DNA from: a phage
Direction: 5' to 3' (one strand)
DNA length: 64,000 nucleotides
Sequence record: NC_101838.1
Numbering within the stretch: position 1 is the first letter of the stretch; each line of letters starts with the position of its first letter. This document shows positions 56,799 to 64,000 of the stretch, piece after piece. Below the pieces are notes generated by a model that was not told the DNA's origin, did no database searches, and worked only from the letters and a program-made list of their open reading frames with translations. The position numbers and the translations under genes are program-made.

Positions 56799-57609
56799 AC
56801 CTGGTCTCCAAAATGTATTGTAGTTCTTTCTTACCTATACTCTTCATTCCAGCAGTCTTACCTGCTTCTTCTTGAAAAGAAGAATAGCATTCAGCAAACA
56901 CTCTGTCAACACCGTCAACTAAAGATTTTATGAAATATGTAGATTCTTCAGATTTTGGGTCATCCTCCCCCAATACTTTTCCAGCATTATACCCAACACG
57001 TCTTACACAGAAGTCGTAGTCATCTGGTGTGCTAAAAGAAAATAACTTATTCTCTCCAATCTCTACAGGATCCCTATTGCACGCCTTTTTCTCCCAAATT
57101 TGGAAAACACATGGCACGTCATAAGGTTTGCCATTAAGTAAAAACGAGTTCTTAGGGCACCTTTCGCTGTAGACAAGGTGCATCGACATGTCCAATTTGT
57201 TTGCAAAAAATATTTTTTCAAATGTCCGTGGCAAGATGAAGGCTATAGCCCCTCCAAGCTCTAGCAATGATGCACAATGGTTAAAGAATTTGCAAGCTAA
57301 GGATGAATTCTTGCCAAATGGTGGGTTACCTATGAAGACATCTGCCTTGGGATGCACCTCTAAGAAGTTTGCCTGAATGCACGGTGTTGGTCCTTCAAAT
57401 TCAGGATCTGGTACTAAATCGTACGACAGTATCTCTGAAAATAGTTTTGAAAAAGAACCCCTTCCAGCAGAAGGCTCAACGTATGCACAATTCCCATACC
57501 TATCTTTTACTTTACCAACAAGATATTCTGCATACTCAGGGTTTGTGTAATATTTGTCGTTGGACTCTTTCTTGCTCAAAGTGCCTCCAAAAGGAAAAGG
57601 GAGGCGCAA
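56761..57609 (-). CDS. DNA adenine methyltransferase
   Basis: SAM motif EPSAGRGSF; catalytic motif GNPPFG. Confidence 0.65.
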   Translation of the reverse strand: MRLPFPFGGTLSKKESNDKYYTNPEYAEYLVGKVKDRYGNCAYVEPSAGRGSFSKLFSEILSYDLVPDPEFEGPTPCIQANFLEVHPKADVFIGNPPFGKNSSLACKFFNHCASLLELGGAIAFILPRTFEKIFFANKLDMSMHLVYSERCPKNSFLLNGKPYDVPCVFQIWEKKACNRDPVEIGENKLFSFSTPDDYDFCVRRVGYNAGKVLGEDDPKSEESTYFIKSLVDGVDRVFAECYSSFQEEAGKTAGMKSIGKKELQYILETRYDQKHRLDQRTY

Positions 57610-57624
57610 GCCTCCCTATAGTTG

Positions 57625-58608
57625 TTAGATTATCTGAATCAGGGTGTTTTTCATTTCTTCTCTGGTGCGGATGTTGTTACGGTCACGAACAACAGATCCA
57701 CAACCTTCGCAGCGGTATGTTTTAAATGCACTCAGTTGAGTATACGCCAAAGCTTCTTCCTCGTGAAGGTGTTCTCCACCACAGCGTGGACAACGAACTT
57801 TTGGCTCCTCGTCTTGATAGTACAATGACATGTTTGGGTGCTGCTTAGCAAACGGGCGAGCCAGCAAATACAGGCCTTCCAGAGACAAGATATCACCAAC
57901 ATTGTACTCCCGCATCTGTTTAAACGCCTCAAGGTCACCGTGAACACACTTGATCCACATTTCAAATGTGTGGTCAATCAGTTTCTGTCGGGCAAGTTGG
58001 AAGTATTTGCATGCATACTCCAAAGTGTTTGCATTCAAACGGAATGCCTTCTTGATCATTTTAAGGGTGTCAACCTCTTTGTAGGGGCTTGTTGGAGGCA
58101 ACCCGTGAAATGCAAATCGTTGGTTGGCCCACCCACAGTCAAAACCTGAATTGTGGGCTACTGCGACATCACATTTATCCAGATAATACCACAAATCCTG
58201 AATCAATTCGAGATCATTGTGAATATCCTCATCCCACATTTTGTAATCGGGAAGAGCGCAGTCAACCACACTAGGACTGTCTAACCACTTACCTGCGAAA
58301 GTTAGCATGTAGGGCATAATTTCAATACCGCAGGTTTGAATGTTGGTCTTATAGTGCCCAAAGAACCAGCCGTTTGTTGGAGATGTCTCTGTATCATACA
58401 CCCAAACTTTAGCACCTTTGTGCTCTTCAAGGAAGCGCTCCGTTGCTTCTCCTACAATCTCTGACATATTCTCCTGTGCACGTTTAAGCTGTAGTCGGAT
58501 CCAGCTCTCACGTGACTCACGGCCTAAAAATTCACGAGCAATTTGTCTATTAGTGTATCCCTGTTGCTTTAGTGTTAAAATTTGCTCAAGAGTTAACTTT
58601 GTCATCAT
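57625..58608 (-). CDS. DnaQ-like (DEDD) 3'-5' exonuclease with N-terminal HTH and C-terminal zinc ribbon
   Basis: Exo I VYDTETS; Exo II AHNSGFD; Exo III YNVGD; CPRCGG...CEGCG. Confidence 0.7.
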   Translation of the reverse strand: MMTKLTLEQILTLKQQGYTNRQIAREFLGRESRESWIRLQLKRAQENMSEIVGEATERFLEEHKGAKVWVYDTETSPTNGWFFGHYKTNIQTCGIEIMPYMLTFAGKWLDSPSVVDCALPDYKMWDEDIHNDLELIQDLWYYLDKCDVAVAHNSGFDCGWANQRFAFHGLPPTSPYKEVDTLKMIKKAFRLNANTLEYACKYFQLARQKLIDHTFEMWIKCVHGDLEAFKQMREYNVGDILSLEGLYLLARPFAKQHPNMSLYYQDEEPKVRCPRCGGEHLHEEEALAYTQLSAFKTYRCEGCGSVVRDRNNIRTREEMKNTLIQII

Positions 58609-58620
58609 CGTTAAGATTCC

Positions 58621-58842
58621 TTAGTAAAACTGAAGAATGTCTTTTAAAGCGAAGTCACGATATTCGCCCTTGTCTACATCGAAGGCACGCATCAACCACT
58701 GCTCTTCTTTATGATACTCTGTAGAGCCAAACCATAAATTAGGCTCAGTAACGCAGCGATCTGCAACAACACCTTTCCAGTTACGGTATTTCATCCTGAT
58801 CAGGACTGAGTCGCAAGGATTGAATACCTTTTTCATCCCCAT
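58621..58842 (-). CDS. hypothetical protein
   Basis: ORF. Confidence 0.45.
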   Translation of the reverse strand: MGMKKVFNPCDSVLIRMKYRNWKGVVADRCVTEPNLWFGSTEYHKEEQWLMRAFDVDKGEYRDFALKDILQFY

Positions 58843-59386
58843 AGAAATCTCTCTCCTCAGTTTTCTTTATAAACTCTTGCATGTAGAACTCAATAGCCTC
58901 ATGCTTGGTGCACTCTGGATTAATGACAATATTGAGATCTGATTCTGCTCGTGCAATGATCGTAGCTTTAGAGCATCTCCTCAAGAACTTTGTCATATCA
59001 TCTCTGTAGTTTTTGTGGAGCGGGAAGTCGCTGTAGTCTTTCTCCAAATAGTCAGCCATCCGGCGCAACGCCTCTGATAAACTGCAATCTGTATACTCGT
59101 TACAGTATTTCATCCAGTATTTAAGCACATACCCCTCAAAGGTATTAGTGCACTGAGACAAAACACCCCTGCAACGACCAGTCAGATGATCATGATCTAA
59201 ACAAGGCTTACGAAGTGGCTCGCACAAGATCGGATCAAGACCATCCTGCTCCTCTGACAATTCTTTTCGAAAGTTGGCTATGTCCTTAGAATCTTTTAAC
59301 CACCCGTTATGAACGGGGGCTTTGACAGCTTTCTTTCTTATTTTACGCTTTGCGATAATCCCTCCAGATGCGCCCTGCCTATCCAA
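58781..59386 (-). CDS. endonuclease VII-like Holliday junction resolvase
   Basis: CEPLRKPCLDHDHLTGRCRGVLSQCTNTFEG matches T4 endo VII core. Confidence 0.7.
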   Translation of the reverse strand: MDRQGASGGIIAKRKIRKKAVKAPVHNGWLKDSKDIANFRKELSEEQDGLDPILCEPLRKPCLDHDHLTGRCRGVLSQCTNTFEGYVLKYWMKYCNEYTDCSLSEALRRMADYLEKDYSDFPLHKNYRDDMTKFLRRCSKATIIARAESDLNIVINPECTKHEAIEFYMQEFIKKTEERDFYGDEKGIQSLRLSPDQDEIP

Positions 59387-59967
59387 TAAGCATCTGCGAG
59401 ATCGGCCTTACCTTGTACCAAATTGATCCCATCTAGGAACCCAGGTTCAGATACTTCGCAGGCCTTAACCATCAACTTTTTATCCATCGTAACAGGTTTC
59501 TTCACAGTATGCTCTTTACCTGTCTTTTTGTCAAGCTTTTTCTTCTCCTCGAAAGCAAGTTCCTCAGGAAGATGACCACGAGCAAACTTTTTGGCAGTTG
59601 TTGGTGTCACTGTGTGGACCTTAAACAGGCCGTCATTTTCACAATCAGCTAAGGCATCCCAAAGCATAACTTCAAGACCGTAAAACAACCCAGCCAGTTC
59701 ACGTGTGGCATCCCCGCGTGATCCAAAGGAAAGCCCTTCCATAACTACAGTGTCAACGCCGTGCGTGTGGATATAATATCTGACCTGTTTGCAGATCCAG
59801 TCAATACGCTCAGCAGCTGTTGCAAAAGAAACCGTCCCTGGTTTCTTCTCTTTTGCAGATGAGCTTTGAGTTCGTAACACAACCTTATGAACAGGCTTTC
59901 CATCGTCCCATACAACGCAAGCTGTGTGTGTCAACGACTGGTCTATGGATAATAGACGCTCTCTCAT
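59338..59967 (-). CDS. putative RuvC/YqgF-like (RNase H-fold) nuclease
   Basis: N-terminal LSIDQSLTHTACVV resembles RuvC/YqgF first motif; weak. Confidence 0.35.
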   Translation of the reverse strand: MRERLLSIDQSLTHTACVVWDDGKPVHKVVLRTQSSSAKEKKPGTVSFATAAERIDWICKQVRYYIHTHGVDTVVMEGLSFGSRGDATRELAGLFYGLEVMLWDALADCENDGLFKVHTVTPTTAKKFARGHLPEELAFEEKKKLDKKTGKEHTVKKPVTMDKKLMVKACEVSEPGFLDGINLVQGKADLADAYWIGRAHLEGLSQSVK

Positions 59968-60299
59968 GCTTCCTCATCCTCCTCTCCTTCATCAGGAGCA
60001 TAAGCCTTATCTTTGAACAATACGAGAGAGCAAAGCTTAACATCTGTTTCCACACTGGTGAACATGCATAACCGCTCGCCCTCAATCAGCTCACAATCCT
60101 CTTTTAAAACAGCAGACCATACACGGTCATCTGCGTAATCATCCGTGTACAGGATGTATGAAATGGTGTCATCTTCATACAACCGCCACATACCTGTGGC
60201 AACAACGAATGTATTTTTTGTTTTAAGTGTCCCTGTTGTGTGATCATCCTCAAAAACAGCTTCCATAATTGCGTTATCTACAGAATTTTTAGTCATCAA
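59964..60299 (-). CDS. hypothetical acidic protein
   Basis: ORF. Confidence 0.5.
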   Translation of the reverse strand: MMTKNSVDNAIMEAVFEDDHTTGTLKTKNTFVVATGMWRLYEDDTISYILYTDDYADDRVWSAVLKEDCELIEGERLCMFTSVETDVKLCSLVLFKDKAYAPDEGEEDEEA

Positions 60300-61435
60300 A
60301 TTGCTCCAACATTTCTAAGAACGTTAACAAGTTTTGTTTGATCATTGAATGTTCGCTTCATATACAAACAGTCAAAAATTATACTCATCCATTGACCTAC
60401 GGAGATTCTACGATCAATACCATTGAAGTCAGTATACTTAACAACACCTTTCGGGAACCACTTCTTGTACTGATCAATAATAGCCACCCACATCTCCTTT
60501 GGAGTGCTGCACTGAGACAGTAGGTAGAATGCTGAGGCATCTCCGAACTTACCCTTACCGATAAGTCCTTGATACGGCTTGATATTGTCAGCAGAGTCAC
60601 CACACAGCATTTGGTATCCGAAGAACAGCATTCCGTAACCACCAACCTCTCCATTAGGCTTCATGAAGATGTTTCCCATACCGTTATCGATCAGCATAGG
60701 GGTTTCCCTTACAAAATCTCCCTTATCGTTTCGCATGGGATCGAACACAAGCCCCGGTAGTGTTCTTTGGTCCTTATCAATAGAGATAATAAACTTGTTG
60801 AACTTACCTGTTTTTTGGTAGTGGTTCCAACCTTCAAATTGCTGGATAGCTAACCAGTCGTCAGCCTCGATACCGTTGATCACTTGAGCATTATACTGCT
60901 TTTGGAGATACTGTCTTGCATCTCCAAGCAGCAGTGGTCGAAGAGTATTGTTACGGTTGGCTTTGTATCTTTCCGGCATGGGAAGATCTAGTCTGAAATT
61001 ACCTGTGCCTCCAAGTACCCCCACGCACCGATCTTCCGGAATACCGAGATAATTAAGGACTGCATTAGCTTTACACTTAATTGTGTGCAAGCAGTTCTCT
61101 ACAGGATCAGGGGTTTGGATATCCAAGACATCGAAATCTTCTCGTGTCCACGGAATAAACTCCTTGCCAGCCTTTTTACATGCAGCTTCACGGTTGGTAT
61201 TCTCAGCTTTTAACCAACCACCAACGGTGTTCTTCTGCCGCCCCCAGAACTCTGTTCGTGTTTTAAACATCTTCTTACGTCCGGAGGCTTTGTGTGTTAC
61301 CTCAATTGTCCTTTTTTCACAACTTGCTGCAGCTTGATATGCAACCTGATCGAAGTCATAATAAACTATAGCGTCAGGTTCAAGAAGATCAGCCAGACAA
61401 TCTATGGACTCAATAAGTGGATATTCTCTACTCAA
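60296..61435 (-). CDS. 5'-3' exonuclease / flap endonuclease (FEN family)
   Basis: GIEADDWLA and ISIDKDQRTL match FEN motifs. Confidence 0.75.
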   Translation of the reverse strand: MSREYPLIESIDCLADLLEPDAIVYYDFDQVAYQAAASCEKRTIEVTHKASGRKKMFKTRTEFWGRQKNTVGGWLKAENTNREAACKKAGKEFIPWTREDFDVLDIQTPDPVENCLHTIKCKANAVLNYLGIPEDRCVGVLGGTGNFRLDLPMPERYKANRNNTLRPLLLGDARQYLQKQYNAQVINGIEADDWLAIQQFEGWNHYQKTGKFNKFIISIDKDQRTLPGLVFDPMRNDKGDFVRETPMLIDNGMGNIFMKPNGEVGGYGMLFFGYQMLCGDSADNIKPYQGLIGKGKFGDASAFYLLSQCSTPKEMWVAIIDQYKKWFPKGVVKYTDFNGIDRRISVGQWMSIIFDCLYMKRTFNDQTKLVNVLRNVGAI

Positions 61436-61736
61436 AGACCCTCCTGTTAGTTATTCTGCAAGATGGTTGGATGCTGTAATGGAAGGCATCATCACTCTCT
61501 GCAATAAGTGACTCAACATCCCAATACTTTTCAAAAAGGAACGGATTAGACCCCCAGTGGTGGGTTATTTTCATCAAGGAGTCTGGTATCATATAACCAC
61601 AGATCTTAATTACATCGCCAGGTTGAATTGTGTTTTCATGAAGGTTGCTTGCCTTCTTCAGAATCATACCTTTATGATTCTCGTTTGCATACAACTGGAC
61701 AATATCTTTATCTTCAACAATAAAAATTTTAAGCAT
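61428..61736 (-). CDS. hypothetical protein
   Basis: ORF. Confidence 0.45.
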   Translation of the reverse strand: MLKIFIVEDKDIVQLYANENHKGMILKKASNLHENTIQPGDVIKICGYMIPDSLMKITHHWGSNPFLFEKYWDVESLIAESDDAFHYSIQPSCRITNRRVFE

Positions 61737-61795
61737 ATCTAGTTCTCCTAGTTTATAGATATCTTACCGATAATATCAGATTAATAACACTTTTG

Positions 61796-62089
61796 TCAAG
61801 ACTCTTTAGTCTTTCTTGGAGAGCTTTTTGTTGATCTTTTCCTTTTGTGGTAGATTCCAAGTGCAGCGTTTTCTTGGGCGCACGTTTTAACAGTTCTCAG
61901 ACAAGAACTTTCAGCTTTAGGCAGGTTTAACTCCCACCAACCAAGCCAGTAAAGTTCTGATTCAGACAACTGCTCAGATTCAGCCTTCCGATACAAGGCT
62001 TGCATACCTCTGATGATATCGTCCAGAGGTGTATCGAATACAAAAGCTGTCTTATCGAATTTCTCTTTTACAGGTTTCTTAGCCATCAA
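61796..62089 (-). CDS. hypothetical protein
   Basis: ORF. Confidence 0.45.
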   Translation of the reverse strand: MMAKKPVKEKFDKTAFVFDTPLDDIIRGMQALYRKAESEQLSESELYWLGWWELNLPKAESSCLRTVKTCAQENAALGIYHKRKRSTKSSPRKTKES

Positions 62090-62543
62090 GGTAACCCTCT
62101 ATCCACGAAAAGTCAGTCTTCCACTCTGGAACTTTACTAAGCTCACGCCACTCTGCAAAGCAGTCTCGGTAATACGCCTCTGCCATACCTTTGGTGATCT
62201 TATTCACCTTAGCCAACTGATTAACTGCCTGAGCATACTTTCCACGAATATTTGCTAACCCAGGATGCACCGATGTGTGACAATCTGGGCACAACGCTAT
62301 CAGTCCGACAAGCCGGATCACTCCCTCTTCGAAAGTGTAAAGTTCATGACACTCCACTGGATGTTTGCTGCCTTTACCGCCGCACACCTCACAGGTGTAG
62401 TTGGCTTCTCTATAGCACTTCTTGCGGATCTTATCCCACTCACTCTTCTTTACAGCGTTTCGGAGGTTATTATACCAAGCTGTTTCTGGGATCAGTTGCA
62501 CAATAAGCCTGCGTTCAGACTTCATTAAACGTCCGTCTTCCAC
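62079..62543 (-). CDS. zinc-binding protein, possible HNH-type nuclease
   Basis: CEVCGG...ECHE...CPDCH arrangement. Confidence 0.4.
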   Translation of the reverse strand: MEDGRLMKSERRLIVQLIPETAWYNNLRNAVKKSEWDKIRKKCYREANYTCEVCGGKGSKHPVECHELYTFEEGVIRLVGLIALCPDCHTSVHPGLANIRGKYAQAVNQLAKVNKITKGMAEAYYRDCFAEWRELSKVPEWKTDFSWIEGYLDG

Positions 62544-62552
62544 GTATCCTCC

Positions 62553-62759
62553 TCATTCAAAGAAATGGGTGCGAGGGCAGGAACCTGCCTCTCCTTGTTT
62601 CACAAGTTCGTAGAGCTCACCTTGGCTTGTCTCATAAAGGCAAATACGTTTACCATTGTCCCGATATACATCGACAAGATACGCTGTTTCACCTGCAAAC
62701 ACTACACCACAGGCCAGACATGCCGCCATGAACAAAATTGCCAACAGAAAATCTTTCAT
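62553..62759 (-). CDS. small secreted or lipoprotein-like protein
   Basis: Hydrophobic N-terminus with Cys residues (LAILFMAACLACG); directly downstream of endolysin. Confidence 0.45.
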   Translation of the reverse strand: MKDFLLAILFMAACLACGVVFAGETAYLVDVYRDNGKRICLYETSQGELYELVKQGEAGSCPRTHFFE

Positions 62760-62822
62760 GGTTAAACCCTCTCAAACATTTTATGAGGTGACAATACCAC
62801 GTCCGTGTGGTTATGTCAATGA

Positions 62823-63293
62823 TCAATCCAGGGCAACACCGCCTGCCTTTTTAAACACCTCGATCAACTTCTCGATCTTCTGTTCATGCTGACCATATCC
62901 AGCGCCGGGTAACGAAGCCCAGCGGGAACGGCATTTGCGGATAGCTTCGTGGATACGCCCTTCGTCAATGTCGGCGAGAGCCTTGCACTCACGGATCAGT
63001 TGCAACGCAATCTTGTCCTGACTGGCAGGGCCAAAATCTGGTAATCCTAACTGTTTCATGTAGTGTTTAGCAAACTTCTCCAAAACCTGGTAACGACCAG
63101 CAGCGGAGGAGGTAAGTTTAGCATTTAGCTTAACGTAAACACCTGGATGCTTGCTGTAATCGCTGAACAGCTTGCCGCCGACTATGACATCGTACCCCCG
63201 ATCCTTGGTAGGTTGTCTACCATTATCTGTTCCTTCCGAATATGCGATCATATCCAAGAAAGCTTTTCGTTGAACATTTTTATCAAGTTTCAT
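62823..63293 (-). CDS. endolysin, lambda R-like lytic transglycosylase
   Basis: QRKAFLDMIAYSEGTDNGRQ...GYDVIVGG...WASLPGAGYGQ closely parallels lambda R. Confidence 0.9.
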   Translation of the reverse strand: MKLDKNVQRKAFLDMIAYSEGTDNGRQPTKDRGYDVIVGGKLFSDYSKHPGVYVKLNAKLTSSAAGRYQVLEKFAKHYMKQLGLPDFGPASQDKIALQLIRECKALADIDEGRIHEAIRKCRSRWASLPGAGYGQHEQKIEKLIEVFKKAGGVALD

Positions 63294-63417
63294 TTTTCAT
63301 ACTCTCCAGTTTGCTCATAACTAACCCGATCAACAACACTGCATAGTGTGGTTATGTAGGTGCCAATTGAAAAACCATCATTCAATTGGCTACCGTTACC
63401 TACTAAACCATCCTACA

Positions 63418-64000
63418 TCATTCCAGAACCTCCCAAGTGTCTGGGTTAACATTTCGGACGCAGATACCGACAGGGAATTGGTAGTTGTTGTCTTCTGTCC
63501 TTGCTTGATATTTGAAGGTGACAAACTTGCCGATCATTTCCTGCATCCTGTCATAGCTACGCTCCTCGTGCGTGCCTTTCATCTTCATTTTAACAACAAC
63601 ACCTTCCTTGTCAACACAGATAAGAACACCTTCATCATTCTTATCTTTCTCAACGTCAATAACTTTCACCTCTGCGTCGTTGAACTTTTTCCATTTCAAT
63701 GCTTCAGATGTTCGCTGACCATACTCATATTTACCGCAGAAGTTACGCATAATGGTACCTTCATATCCTTCAGACATAAATATACCAACAGACTCTTCGC
63801 ACCGATCAACCGTATATGCAAGCTCTGCATCAACAACCTTAATATGATCAAGCATCAAAGAAGTAATAGCACCGTTTGCCTCCATAAGATCCTTACAGCG
63901 ACCAGACTCTGTTTCAGGATCCCACCACACCTTATCGCTAGGGATATCGAAAATATGATACTCTAGGTCGTAGCTGCAGTACCCACCGTAACGCAAATCA
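63418..64000 (-). CDS. ATP-dependent DNA ligase-like protein, C-terminal part; N-terminus lies beyond window end
   Basis: Frame open to window edge; motif IV-like EGYEGTIMRN; motif V-like ALKWKKF. Confidence 0.5.
   Translation of the reverse strand, partial: DLRYGGYCSYDLEYHIFDIPSDKVWWDPETESGRCKDLMEANGAITSLMLDHIKVVDAELAYTVDRCEESVGIFMSEGYEGTIMRNFCGKYEYGQRTSEALKWKKFNDAEVKVIDVEKDKNDEGVLICVDKEGVVVKMKMKGTHEERSYDRMQEMIGKFVTFKYQARTEDNNYQFPVGICVRNVNPDTWEVLE

Noticed and set aside
57625-58608. Calling the DnaQ-like protein a polymerase proofreading subunit
   Set aside because: The family A polymerase already carries its own 3'-5' exonuclease domain; the HTH and zinc ribbon make a stand-alone exonuclease more likely, but the role is unresolved.
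1-64000. CRISPR array
   Set aside because: No series of regularly spaced identical 25-40 bp repeats separated by unique spacers; the repeats seen are short, irregular iteron-like motifs.

Overview
This window reads as a contiguous piece of a virulent, tailed dsDNA bacteriophage genome; no structural or packaging genes are visible. The endolysin is a close lambda R-like lytic transglycosylase and the promoters are sigma70 consensus, which points to an enterobacterial host. Layout: (i) 1-15.5 kb, plus strand: DNA methyltransferases, a toprim primase-DnaB-like helicase fusion, a family A DNA polymerase, many small ORFs, a putative SSB-like protein and a macro-domain protein. (ii) 15.5-16.6 kb: non-coding iteron-like repeats and two Fur-box-like sites. 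(iii) 16.6-26.5 kb, plus strand: about 30 small genes arranged as near-monocistronic cassettes, each with a consensus sigma70 promoter, strong Shine-Dalgarno and often an intrinsic terminator. (iv) 26.5-29.0 kb: a repeat-rich non-coding region where the two transcription blocks converge. (v) 29-64 kb, minus strand: a tightly packed array of small genes including paralogous families and a ribosome hibernation factor homolog, then Dam-like methyltransferase, ClpP-like protease, PhoH, NrdG, a free-standing homing-endonuclease-like gene, NrdD interrupted by a group I intron carrying an HNH endonuclease, glutaredoxin, NrdB, NrdA, ThyX, nucleotidase, dNMP kinase, another methyltransferase, DnaQ-like exonuclease, endonuclease VII-like resolvase, FEN-like 5' nuclease, endolysin and a partial DNA ligase. 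All calls rest on motif reading by eye; no database search or computation was run, and start codons (several are GTG/TTG in the ORF track) are approximate. I cannot single out one definitive novel system; the best candidates are the small-gene arrays, the macro-domain and HPF genes, and the repeat-rich non-coding regions.
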